Below are positions 1-8,896 of a stretch of DNA of 22,310 bases, in pieces. Both the position numbers and the translations under genes were made by a program. The notes under the pieces are model-generated. The model made no database searches. It was given only the letters and a program-made list of their open reading frames with translations, and had not been told where the DNA came from. Source of the stretch: Candidatus Bipolaricaulia bacterium (GTDB taxonomy: Bacteria; Bipolaricaulota; Bipolaricaulia; JBHIAT01); contig JBHIAT010000044.1 in the NCBI GenBank assembly GCA_046758705.1, forward strand, positions 1 through 22,310, read 5' to 3'. Positions within the stretch are counted from its first letter, which is position 1; every line of letters begins with the position of its first letter.

Positions 1-62
1 GAGTAAGGAGGCTGTTGCTGGGGGTGGTGGGATACATCACCCCCAGCTTTGATCTTATCGTG

Positions 63-3000
63 ATGCGTGCTGTCATCGTTTTGTTCTTGTTCCTTGCCCT
101 ATTAGGTGGCTACGCCTTCCAGCCTCCTCAATTTATGCTTGCTCACACAGGACATGCTCACACAGGACATGCTTATGAGGCGTATCTTTCCGACTCTCTT
201 CAGCGACCACCCACCGGCCATCAGGGAAGCGAAGGAATGCCGCTGGCAAGTGCTATAGGAGTAGAGAGCGTGTCTTCGGGGGCACGGTGTGACCCTACCG
301 CTCCCGTGCGAGCCTATCACGTCGTCGCCATCAACGTCGAGATCACGCTGAACCGCTTCCTGGATCATGACCCTCAAGGCCGCATGTATGTGCTGGAGGA
401 GAACCTGTTCCGTGTTCGCCAGGAAGAGGTCCAGAACCGGAAAGCTCGCGCCGGTCAGGCGGAGCCTGCCGTCTCCCTTGGCCTTCAGGGCGATGCCATC
501 CAGCCGCTGATCTTGCGAGTGAATCAGGGCGACTGCCTGCGGATCAACTTGAGGAACGCCCTGGAAAACGGTGAGTCGGCCAGCTTTCACCTTCACGGTT
601 CTGGCTTGTACGTGTCTTCCACCGGTGCCCCGGCGGTCGCCACCAATCCCGACGCTCTCGCTCCGCCCGGTGCCACTGTTGCCTACGAGTGGTGGGTGGC
701 GGAAGATGAACCGGAGGGCACCCATTACTTTCACAGCCACGGCAACGATCGCCTCCAGACCAACCACGGCCTGTTCGGCGCCGTCATCGTGGAACCCCAG
801 GGCTCCGTCTACCTTGACCCCATCGGTGGCGGGAAGCTGCGCAGCGGGTGGGCAGCCATCATTCAGGACCCTAACGGCAGTGATTTTCGGGAATTCGCTA
901 TCGTTTACCATGAGGTAGGCACGGAGCGTTTCCGCCACTTTGACAGGAATGGACAGTTTGTCCCCCTGGTGGACCCGTTCACCTCCGCTTACAAACCCGG
1001 GGGTCGCGCATTGAATTACCGCAGCGAGCCGTTCATGAATCGCCTGAAGCTACAGAATCAGACCTTCGGGCGCTTCGACCCATCTCTGGCCTACAGCTCC
1101 TACGCCTTTGGTGATCCGGCTACACCCATCGCCAGGAGCTATCTTGGCGACCCGGTAAAACAACGGGTGATCCACGGCGGCTCCGAAGTCTTCCATGTGC
1201 ATCACGTCCATGGCGGAGCTATCCGCTGGAGACGTCAGCCAGATGTGGAGCCGACCGCCTTCGATCGCGGCTTCGACAAAAGGCCCCTTCTGCTTCCCGA
1301 AGCCTCCAGTCGGACGGACTCCCAGGCCATTGGCCCTTCGGAAAACTACGACTTGGAGAACGAGTGCGGCAGCGGTGGCTGCCAGCAAAGCGCCGGGGAC
1401 TACCTCATTCACTGCCATGTGGCACACCACTACCTCTCTGGCATGTGGATGATCTGGAGGGTCTACAACACCAGGCAGGACGGCACCGTCTCCCAGGATG
1501 GCCCGTTGCCCCTCGTGGAGCTTCCAGATCGGCTAGGTCAGATGGAGCCTGCCGTGACCTCCCAAGAACTGGTAGGTCGAACGGTGGACTGGAAGGGGCA
1601 GACCTTCCAGATCACTCAGGACAGCTTGGTGGCATGGATCGAACGCCAGCTCCCGCCGCCGGGTATCCCTAAAGGCTACGACGCCTCAGTCCTGAACTGG
1701 CGAAAAGAAGGAGACCTCTACTTGAACGAGCCGGAGAGCGATCAGGTGTGGCCTGGCTTTCGCTCTCCGGCCCCGGGCACCAGACCCCCCATCTACTTCG
1801 ATCCCAAGACCGGCAAGCTGGCCTACCCGTTGTTGCGGCCCCACCTGGGCAAGCGGCCTCCCTTTGCGCCCAATCACGGCCCGGCACCGTTCCTGAACCC
1901 CATCCAGCAGGGACCAGATCCACCGCAGCCAGGGGAGAACGGGCCTTGGAGTCTGTGTCCCACTGAAACAACGTTGCAGGAATTTGTCATTCATGCCATC
2001 AACCTGCCCATCACCCTGAGCGAGAAAGCCGGGCTGGTGGACCCAGTGGGCCAGCTCTACGTACTAAAAGGGGAGGAGGATGCTGTCCGTGCGGACAACG
2101 ACCTGAGGACCCCGCTGGCGATACGGGCCAACGCCGGTGAGGACTGCATAGATATCGTCTTCAAGAGTGAGTTGCGGGATACCCGCGAGAACGCTTTCTT
2201 CAGCAAGGTCAGCATCCACATCCACTTCGTTCAGTTCGACGTCCAGGGCAGCGATGGTGTAGACACTGGTTTCAACTACGAACAATCGATTCGCCCGTTC
2301 ACCGTCGAAGGCGAGACCTTGGAAGTGGACGCCTCCGCTGGTGAGACGGGTGTGCGACTCACCGATGTCGAACGTTTCCATCCTGGGACCTTGGTCGGCG
2401 TCGGCATGGACCAAGACGAAACCTTTGAAATTAAGCGCATCCAGGCCATCGACGGCAACACGCTGATCTTTGACGAGCCGTTGCGCTACGCCCACACCCA
2501 AGGAGAGATCGCGAGCACCGAGTTTTTGCGGCACCGCTGGTACCCCGACGTGCAATTCGGCACCGCCTACTTCCACGACCACGTCAGCGCCCTGACCTCG
2601 TGGGAGCACGGCCTGTTCGGCGCCCTGATCGCCGAACCTCCCGGCTCCAGCTATCACGACCCCCATACCGGACAGGAGGTCGAAAGCGGGTCGGTGGTGG
2701 ATATTCATACCCGTTCTAAAGTCTCAGTAGATGTCTCCGGCAGCTTCAGGGAGCTGGTCTTGTTTATCCAGGATGATATGCTCTTAACCCAAATCGGCAA
2801 ATCGAGCGGGAGCGCGTTCAATATGCGTGTCGAGCCACTGGCAGCCCGAGGTGGCGACCCCTCCCGCCTGTTCAGCAGCGAGATCCATGGGGACCCGGAG
2901 ACACCTCTGCTGGAGGCCTTCCTGGAAGATCCTATCATGATCCGTGGTCTGGTTGCTACCACCAACGACGTTCACACCCTGCACGTGGACGGCCACTGGT

Positions 3001-4268
3001 TCCGGCTGGAGCCTTTCAGTGACACCTCCCCACCCATCAGCACCGTTCACATCGGCATCTCCGAACGCTACGATCTGGTGATACCCAGGGCCGGCGGTCC
3101 CCAGGGGTTCCCCGGCGACTACCTGTACTACAACGGCCGTCTCTTTAAGCTGCGGGAAGGGAGTTGGGGCCTCATCCGGGTCTACGATGGCCAGGCGAGC
3201 GTGCCCTTGCAGAAGCTACCGGGCCACGAAGTCATCCCTTCATCGGCGTCCTCCGTTTGTCGTGCCGGTGCGCTACGGAAGGAGTTCGCCGTCGCCGCGA
3301 TCGACGCCCCCCTGCCTATGTTGAATGGTGCTCAAGGCAAGCTCTACGTGTTGGAGGAGGACAAAGCGGTGGTGCTTTCGGGCGTCAAAGCTCCTGAGCC
3401 TCTGGTGCTCCATGTGAACGTGGGAGACTGCATTGTGGTCAGTCTGAAGAACGAGACCCAGGCTGGGCCGGTTTCGTTCTACGCCGACATGCTCGCCTAC
3501 AATCCGCAGGACTCTCAGCCGGTCGCTCCCAGCGAGACTCGAATCTACACCTACTTTGCTCATCCTGAAGTCGGGGAGACGGTCGCGCTGGTGCGAGATT
3601 TGGGAAACGTCCTGGAAAACCCTGGCTTGGGCCTCTACGGAGCCATCATCGTCGGCCCTCAGGGCACGACCTACACGCACCCCGCTACTGGAGAGGATAT
3701 GTCTTTGAAGGCGGGCTGGAGGGTGGACGTCCATCCTCCCTCTGGGTCCAGTTACCGGGATTTCACGCTGTTCATCCAAGACCAGGATGAGATCATCGGT
3801 ACCGCGATTATGCCTTACAGCGAGCATGTACAGGGTGTGGTTGGCCTAAATTACCGGGCGGAATCTCTGCTCACGCGGTTAGCCGAGAATGAGGACACTT
3901 CAAGCATTTTCCACAGTGGTGCCCATGGTGATCCGGCCACACCCATCATGGAGGCCTTCGTCGGCGATGCCGTTAAGATCCATGTGCTCGTCCCGTTCAG
4001 CGAGCAGGCTCATGTCTTCACACTGGAGGGTCATCAGTGGCCCCTGGAGCCGGATCGGTCCGGCTCCGACCTGTTGAGCTCGATCCAGGTCGGTGGATTG
4101 GAGGCGATCAGCATCGTGCCAGTTCACGGGGCAGGTGGGCGAGTGGGTCTCCCCGGCGACTACCTCTACGGCGATCACCGCGAGCCTTATCGTGAGGCAG
4201 GGCTGTGGGGGCTCTTCCGGGTCTATGAACCAAGCGCTGCTGGTGCCAAGCTCCGGCCTTTACCGTGA
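63..4268 (+). CDS. Large secreted multi-domain multicopper oxidase, MnxG (Mn-oxidase)-like architecture
   Basis: ORF 15..4268. ATG at 63 begins a hydrophobic signal-like segment (MRAVIVLFLFLALLGGYA); the start is uncertain because TTG at 15 follows AGGAGG by only 3 nt. Copper motifs in order: FHLHG, HYFHSH, HVHHVHG, HCHVAHHYLSGM (type-1 Cu Cys/His/Met), IHIHFVQFDVQGSDG, YFHDH, then degenerate HTLHVDGH and HVFTLEGH. Internal three-fold repetition (GLFGAVIVEPQGS / GLFGALIAEPPGS / GLYGAIIVGPQGT; GDPATP / GDPETP / GDPATP) implies six cupredoxin domains. Confidence 0.9.
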   Translation: MRAVIVLFLFLALLGGYAFQPPQFMLAHTGHAHTGHAYEAYLSDSLQRPPTGHQGSEGMPLASAIGVESVSSGARCDPTAPVRAYHVVAINVEITLNRFLDHDPQGRMYVLEENLFRVRQEEVQNRKARAGQAEPAVSLGLQGDAIQPLILRVNQGDCLRINLRNALENGESASFHLHGSGLYVSSTGAPAVATNPDALAPPGATVAYEWWVAEDEPEGTHYFHSHGNDRLQTNHGLFGAVIVEPQGSVYLDPIGGGKLRSGWAAIIQDPNGSDFREFAIVYHEVGTERFRHFDRNGQFVPLVDPFTSAYKPGGRALNYRSEPFMNRLKLQNQTFGRFDPSLAYSSYAFGDPATPIARSYLGDPVKQRVIHGGSEVFHVHHVHGGAIRWRRQPDVEPTAFDRGFDKRPLLLPEASSRTDSQAIGPSENYDLENECGSGGCQQSAGDYLIHCHVAHHYLSGMWMIWRVYNTRQDGTVSQDGPLPLVELPDRLGQMEPAVTSQELVGRTVDWKGQTFQITQDSLVAWIERQLPPPGIPKGYDASVLNWRKEGDLYLNEPESDQVWPGFRSPAPGTRPPIYFDPKTGKLAYPLLRPHLGKRPPFAPNHGPAPFLNPIQQGPDPPQPGENGPWSLCPTETTLQEFVIHAINLPITLSEKAGLVDPVGQLYVLKGEEDAVRADNDLRTPLAIRANAGEDCIDIVFKSELRDTRENAFFSKVSIHIHFVQFDVQGSDGVDTGFNYEQSIRPFTVEGETLEVDASAGETGVRLTDVERFHPGTLVGVGMDQDETFEIKRIQAIDGNTLIFDEPLRYAHTQGEIASTEFLRHRWYPDVQFGTAYFHDHVSALTSWEHGLFGALIAEPPGSSYHDPHTGQEVESGSVVDIHTRSKVSVDVSGSFRELVLFIQDDMLLTQIGKSSGSAFNMRVEPLAARGGDPSRLFSSEIHGDPETPLLEAFLEDPIMIRGLVATTNDVHTLHVDGHWFRLEPFSDTSPPISTVHIGISERYDLVIPRAGGPQGFPGDYLYYNGRLFKLREGSWGLIRVYDGQASVPLQKLPGHEVIPSSASSVCRAGALRKEFAVAAIDAPLPMLNGAQGKLYVLEEDKAVVLSGVKAPEPLVLHVNVGDCIVVSLKNETQAGPVSFYADMLAYNPQDSQPVAPSETRIYTYFAHPEVGETVALVRDLGNVLENPGLGLYGAIIVGPQGTTYTHPATGEDMSLKAGWRVDVHPPSGSSYRDFTLFIQDQDEIIGTAIMPYSEHVQGVVGLNYRAESLLTRLAENEDTSSIFHSGAHGDPATPIMEAFVGDAVKIHVLVPFSEQAHVFTLEGHQWPLEPDRSGSDLLSSIQVGGLEAISIVPVHGAGGRVGLPGDYLYGDHREPYREAGLWGLFRVYEPSAAGAKLRPLP
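141..173 (+). repeat. 15-bp perfect tandem repeat (GCTCACACAGGACAT x2 + GCT) encoding AHTGH-AHTGH-A
   Basis: Read directly: copies at 141-155 and 156-170, partial at 171-173; in frame with the oxidase. Confidence 0.95.
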
Positions 4269-4355
4269 GATAGATTCCATAGACTCCATTGTAGTGTAGC
4301 GAGAATTCAATGTATATAATGGGGTAGTCGGGTTTTGAACAAAGGAGGTCATCAG

Positions 4356-4715
4356 ATGAGAAGGGCTACTGTGATTTTGCTGTCCATTTCGTTTCTGGCG
4401 TTGGGAACTACCGGACTGAGCACCGATGTCTTTGGTCAATCACAATCGGAGCACGACGTGGTCATCTTATTTTGTGGAGCAGACCTCCCCGAGCCTAATA
4501 TTAAGGTTCTGGCTTTAAGTAGCAACTTAATAACGGAAGAAGGAGCACTGGAGATATCCCCGGGACAATACCTGGTGAACTTACAGAACGCTGAATGTGC
4601 TGATCTTATATCGCGTCTTCTCGATGCAGGCTTTACGATAGACAGCTTTCGACCTGCTTTTAGCACCGACTGGGTCCGGATTCTATACGTCTTGGTAAGA
4701 GTAAAAGAAATGTAA
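4356..4715 (+). CDS. Small hypothetical secreted protein (119 aa, two Cys)
   Basis: AAAGGAGG at 4341-4348 precedes ATG 4356. Signal-peptide-like N-terminus (MRRATVILLSISFLALGTTG). TATAAT at 4315-4320 upstream. No family recognised. Confidence 0.75.
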   Translation: MRRATVILLSISFLALGTTGLSTDVFGQSQSEHDVVILFCGADLPEPNIKVLALSSNLITEEGALEISPGQYLVNLQNAECADLISRLLDAGFTIDSFRPAFSTDWVRILYVLVRVKEM

Positions 4716-4724
4716 TACACGAAA

Positions 4725-6158
4725 TTAGCCATCATCAACCAAGCCTCGCGCAAACTGTACAAAGCGGTATACATCGGCAAAGTTGCTCACCAGGCCAACT
4801 GACACACGCACCGCGCCGGAGCTTTTGTCGTCAATGCACAAACGGAAATCGTCGAGCGTCAGTCGCTGTTGATGTTGAGGCTGAGTGAAGCAAGCCACGA
4901 GTTCGGTCTGGGAGAGGCCGAGGGCGATTTCGCCGCCGCCGGGGTTACAAAAGCAGCCCGTGCGCAGCGAGATATTGGCTTTATTCGCCTGTGCTGCGAC
5001 CAGCTGGTGGTCTATGCACTGCCCCCTGGGGTCGTAGAAGTTCATTGTCACCGCGCCGCCGCGCAGGTGGGTATCTGGCGGGCCGTACAGGCGTATTAGC
5101 GGTTTGCCGTTGCTGTGGCGCAAATCCAGCAGTTTGTCCAGCAACCAGCCGGTCAGGCAGCACACCCTCTCGTGAATGATCTCTATTCCAATCGCGGTGA
5201 TGTGCTTCAAGCCAATTTTTACGGCGGGTAGAGCAAGGTAATTGACGGTGCCGTCTTCAAATGCGACCTCGCCTTCAGCCAGGTAATGTTTGTCGCCCTG
5301 TACCGAGGCGACGGTGATCGTACCGCCGGCGAACCACGGACGGCGCAGTTTGGCTAGGGAATCTCTGCGGGCTAACAGGCATCCCACTCCGGTAGGATAA
5401 CCAAAGATCTTGTAAAAGGAGAGTGGTACAAAGTCTGGCTTCCATCGGTTCAAATCCAAGTGATTGGTGGGAACGAACGCAGCGGCATCTAGCAGCACGT
5501 CCCAGCCCTTGGCCTGCGCTTGGCCGATCCATTCTAGAGGATGTTGTACGCCCGAAAAGTTGGACTGCGCGTTGTGGCCGCCGGGCCGTGCCTGGCCGAG
5601 GTAGTCTGCCAATTGAGCCTCGTCCATGCGCATGTCCGGCAGAACTAGTGGTACGTAGGTGATTTGTGCTCCGCGGGCGCGAGCAAACTCGCGGATCCCG
5701 TTCACCGAGTTATGATTGTCGAACGTCAGCAGGTAGGGGTCACCAGCGCCGAAGGGGTAGGACTCGCCCACCAGTTTGAGTGCTCCGCTGGCGTTAGTGG
5801 TGAAAATCACTACATATTCTTCAGGGGAGGCGTTGAAGAATTCGAGCACATATTGTCGGGCCTGTTCCACCAGATGGGTCATCGCCAGCGAGGTCGGGTT
5901 GTGGGAGTGCGGGTTGCCGAACACGTTTTCGCACAGCAGGGCCATGTGCTCACGCACTTGACAGTCGGCATACAGGCTGCCGCCGGTGTAGTCCAGGTAG
6001 ATGTGACCCTGCTCGTCCAGGCGGCTATATTCGTTGGCGCGTAGTGTGTCTATCTGTTGAGTCGTTTCAAAGGCGGGATAGGCGTGCAAAAAGCCAGCCA
6101 ATGCTGCGTCCATGCTTTCAGTGCTAAACTCATCTGGGGTGTCGTTTTTTGCTAGCAT
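4725..6158 (-). CDS. Class V PLP-dependent enzyme, molybdenum cofactor sulfurase (MOCOS/ABA3 NifS-like domain) type
   Basis: Motifs HIYLDYTG, GNPHS, DNHNSVNGIRE, LLDAAAF, SFYKIFGYPTG (PLP lysine), FEDGT and LRTGCFCNPG (persulfide Cys). GGGAGA RBS upstream. No MOSC domain attached. Confidence 0.88.
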   Translation of the reverse strand: MLAKNDTPDEFSTESMDAALAGFLHAYPAFETTQQIDTLRANEYSRLDEQGHIYLDYTGGSLYADCQVREHMALLCENVFGNPHSHNPTSLAMTHLVEQARQYVLEFFNASPEEYVVIFTTNASGALKLVGESYPFGAGDPYLLTFDNHNSVNGIREFARARGAQITYVPLVLPDMRMDEAQLADYLGQARPGGHNAQSNFSGVQHPLEWIGQAQAKGWDVLLDAAAFVPTNHLDLNRWKPDFVPLSFYKIFGYPTGVGCLLARRDSLAKLRRPWFAGGTITVASVQGDKHYLAEGEVAFEDGTVNYLALPAVKIGLKHITAIGIEIIHERVCCLTGWLLDKLLDLRHSNGKPLIRLYGPPDTHLRGGAVTMNFYDPRGQCIDHQLVAAQANKANISLRTGCFCNPGGGEIALGLSQTELVACFTQPQHQQRLTLDDFRLCIDDKSSGAVRVSVGLVSNFADVYRFVQFARGLVDDG

Positions 6159-6279
6159 TCTGTCTCCCTTTGACGATCCAGTTTTTCCGATGAGGGATTT
6201 TGATTGTCGTCACGGGTTTGAAGTCGGTTTAGACGCTGCTGTACAGGTACTGTCTGAATGAAAGCTATCTATTAACCTT

Positions 6280-7131
6280 TTAACCTTTTCGAAAAATCCG
6301 TCCCGGTGGAATCAAGGTCACCTCAAAGTCGAGATCGTACTTCTGAGCGATCATCTCAGATGTCTTTTTGATATCGTTCCGGTAACGTGACGAGATATGA
6401 ATACAGAGAAGCTCCCGCTTGACCCCTGCTTCTCGAGCCACCTCGATCGCCTCATCCAATGTCGCGTGCTTATACTCCTTCCGGTCCTCCTCGTTCAGAA
6501 ACGTGGTATCATGGCAGAGAATCTCAGTCCCTGTGATCTTTTTCGGATCAATCGGCGCTGAGTCACCACCGTAGCTGAGCAGTCTCTGCTCGTAGACCTC
6601 GGTGATCTCATCCCGCTTTCCCTCGCGGATCAACCTCATGATCTCATCTTGTGCTAAATCCTGATAATCAGCCTTCAATCGGGTCCGTTCCTCAAGAACC
6701 GTGTAACCCAGGGAGATTTCATTGTGGGTGTGAACCGTCTCGAATATCTCCACCGTCCGTCGATTTTGTCCCTTGTCGAAGATCTCCACTCGGTCCCCGG
6801 CCTCCAAGGGGATCCATTCCAGTCGGTAGCGTAAATGCCGATTGGTCTGCTTGATGTAGTTTATCAATTCTAGGATGTGGTAGTTCCCCCGCGGGTAGTA
6901 GACATAAAGGGGTTTTTCGGTATCGCCCATACCGCTGTTCCGAATGTTGATCAATCCCAAAATACCGGCGACGTGATCGGTATGGCCGTGCGATAGGAAA
7001 ACACGCTGGATCGCAAACGATTTGTTACCCAGGATGCTGCTCACACTTTCCCCGGCATCGAATAACAACCGATCGGGGCTATAATAGATCCAGGTGGCGT
7101 ATAACGCTTTCGAATAAGCGATGAGCTTCAT
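6280..7131 (-). CDS. rnz: Ribonuclease Z (tRNase Z), Thermotoga-type short form
   Basis: Metallo-beta-lactamase motif SHGHTDH. The N-terminus YSKALYATWIYYSPDRLLFDAGE, NIRNSGMGDTEKPL, the arm segment RLKADYQDL, GDS, KHAT and HISSRY all closely resemble T. maritima RNase Z as I recall it. AGGAGG lies 6 nt before ATG 7131. Confidence 0.9.
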   Translation of the reverse strand: MKLIAYSKALYATWIYYSPDRLLFDAGESVSSILGNKSFAIQRVFLSHGHTDHVAGILGLINIRNSGMGDTEKPLYVYYPRGNYHILELINYIKQTNRHLRYRLEWIPLEAGDRVEIFDKGQNRRTVEIFETVHTHNEISLGYTVLEERTRLKADYQDLAQDEIMRLIREGKRDEITEVYEQRLLSYGGDSAPIDPKKITGTEILCHDTTFLNEEDRKEYKHATLDEAIEVAREAGVKRELLCIHISSRYRNDIKKTSEMIAQKYDLDFEVTLIPPGRIFRKG

Positions 7132-7172
7132 CAAGATCCTCCTGAAGGCCTTAAGGATCAGGGCATGGAGAT

Positions 7173-8075
7173 TCAGATCTGCTTGAGGTAATCCAGGTGC
7201 TTGGCCTCCAACCCTCTCGGTTCAAACCCGAAGTGACGTTCGACACTGTCGACGGGTTCCGTCACGTTATCCTTGCCCACGAGGTAAACCTGTTCGGGGG
7301 TGATTGGGGACGGGATACCAACTGCCTTCATCGCTCGGCTTCCGAAACTCACCAGACCTGCCGGCAAGTGGACCTTCGGCTTGCGCACCTGCATCGCCTC
7401 CATCACTACGTTGACAATCTCCTCAAACGTCAGGATCCGACTCCCACCTAGCTCAAGTGTCTTTTTGGAAAACTTCCCTTCTTCGTTCTGCAGCGTGCTC
7501 AGTGTGCATCGAATCACATCCTCAATCCAGATCGGCTGAAACCGGGAAGCGCCACTGCCAATAATCGGCATAATCCCGGGGCTCGTCCGAATCACACTGG
7601 CAAGTTTCGTAAAGAACCCGTCCCCCTTACCAAAGATCACCGATGGTCGAAGGACCGTGTAATCAAGACCACTATTCTCAACGGTCTGCTGACCCTTCCA
7701 CTTGTTGAGCAAATACGCGGAGCGTTCATCAGGTTCTACCCCCAACGCGCTCATATGGATCATCCGCTGGATCCCGGCCGCCTTCGCCACTTCGACAACG
7801 TTGTCCGTCCCGCGCCAGCAGATAGATTCGAACCGGGCTGCCCCACGTTCTTCAGCGATCGAAACCAGATGGATCACCGTGTCAACACCATCCACAGCCG
7901 GATCCAGGCTCGCCGGATCGATCACATCACCCACCGAAAGTTCGATCCCAAGCTCCTTTAGGGTTTTCGTGTCAGAGTGCTCTCGCACCAGCACCCGCAC
8001 TTTGCAATCGTCCTCTCGCAGGGCCTTGACCAAATAGGAGCCGACAAATCCCGTGCCCCCGGTCATCAATATCAT
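7173..8075 (-). CDS. NAD(P)-binding atypical SDR, complex I NDUFA9-like family
   Basis: TGGTGFVG Rossmann motif, HMSALG, YLLNK (YxxxK), LRPSVIFG, FQPIWIEDV. GGGAGA RBS. Confidence 0.88.
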   Translation of the reverse strand: MILMTGGTGFVGSYLVKALREDDCKVRVLVREHSDTKTLKELGIELSVGDVIDPASLDPAVDGVDTVIHLVSIAEERGAARFESICWRGTDNVVEVAKAAGIQRMIHMSALGVEPDERSAYLLNKWKGQQTVENSGLDYTVLRPSVIFGKGDGFFTKLASVIRTSPGIMPIIGSGASRFQPIWIEDVIRCTLSTLQNEEGKFSKKTLELGGSRILTFEEIVNVVMEAMQVRKPKVHLPAGLVSFGSRAMKAVGIPSPITPEQVYLVGKDNVTEPVDSVERHFGFEPRGLEAKHLDYLKQI

Positions 8076-8104
8076 CTCAACATCTCCCTAATTGAATTGA
8101 ACAG

Positions 8105-8896
8105 CTAATCCGATCCAACCTCTTCCCCCACACCCATCTCCACGGCTTCGATGATCCCGGCGAATCGGGACGGATCCAGGGAGGCGCCCCCTACCAAAAA
8201 TCCATCCACGTTCGCTTGCTCAATCAATTCCGCCGCAGTCTCCGGTGTCACGCTCCCGCCGTACTGGATCTGGATCGATTCGCCGGCCTCCCGACCATAC
8301 AATTCTGTGATTACTTTGCGCACAAACGCAGCACCCCTGTCAGCATCCTCCGGAACCGCCGTCTCACCCGTCCCAATCGCCCAGATTGGCTCATAGGAGA
8401 TGACCATCTGCGCCACCTGATCAATCTCCAAATCCATCAAACTAATCTTCAGTTGGCGCTCTAGCACCCTCTCTGTAACTCCACGACGTCGTTCCTCTAG
8501 GCTCTCACCAATACAGAAAATAGGGATAAGCTGAACTCCAAAGACGGCATGAAGTTTCCTCTTGATAAGCTCAGCATCCTCACAAAAATGCCTGCGCCGT
8601 TCCGAGTGACCGACGAGCACATAACGACACCCTAATTCCACGAGCATCATGGGAGAAATCTCCCCAGTATATGGGCCCTCAGACTCGAAATGGACATTCT
8701 GAGCCGCCAACCGGATCTCCGTCCCCTCAAGCTCTTTGCCAACGGCTTCAAGCCAGGTGAACGGCGGTGCGATCGTCATCTCCGTAGCTTTGATTCCCTC
8801 TATCCGTCGTTTGAAATCGCGGACGAAATCGACCGCCTCACGATGGGTCTTGTACATCTTCCAATTGGCCACGACGATCGGTCGTCTCATCCCCAT
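8105..8896 (-). CDS. tpiA: Triosephosphate isomerase
   Basis: NWKM, GPYTGEISP, VGHSERR (catalytic His), YEPIWAIGTG (catalytic Glu), YGGSV, LVGGASL. AGGAG RBS 9 nt upstream. Confidence 0.98.
   Translation of the reverse strand: MGMRRPIVVANWKMYKTHREAVDFVRDFKRRIEGIKATEMTIAPPFTWLEAVGKELEGTEIRLAAQNVHFESEGPYTGEISPMMLVELGCRYVLVGHSERRRHFCEDAELIKRKLHAVFGVQLIPIFCIGESLEERRRGVTERVLERQLKISLMDLEIDQVAQMVISYEPIWAIGTGETAVPEDADRGAAFVRKVITELYGREAGESIQIQYGGSVTPETAAELIEQANVDGFLVGGASLDPSRFAGIIEAVEMGVGEEVGSD

Noticed and set aside
102-938. Long antisense and alternate-frame ORFs (e.g. 102..938, 2064..2708, 14803..15468, 16148..16945)
   Set aside because: They are shadows of well-supported genes in GC-rich DNA and carry no motifs.
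4270-4289. 9-bp imperfect tandem repeat ATAGATTCC/ATAGACTCC after the oxidase stop
   Set aside because: Only two copies. It could be an operator or an insertion scar, but nothing else supports either.
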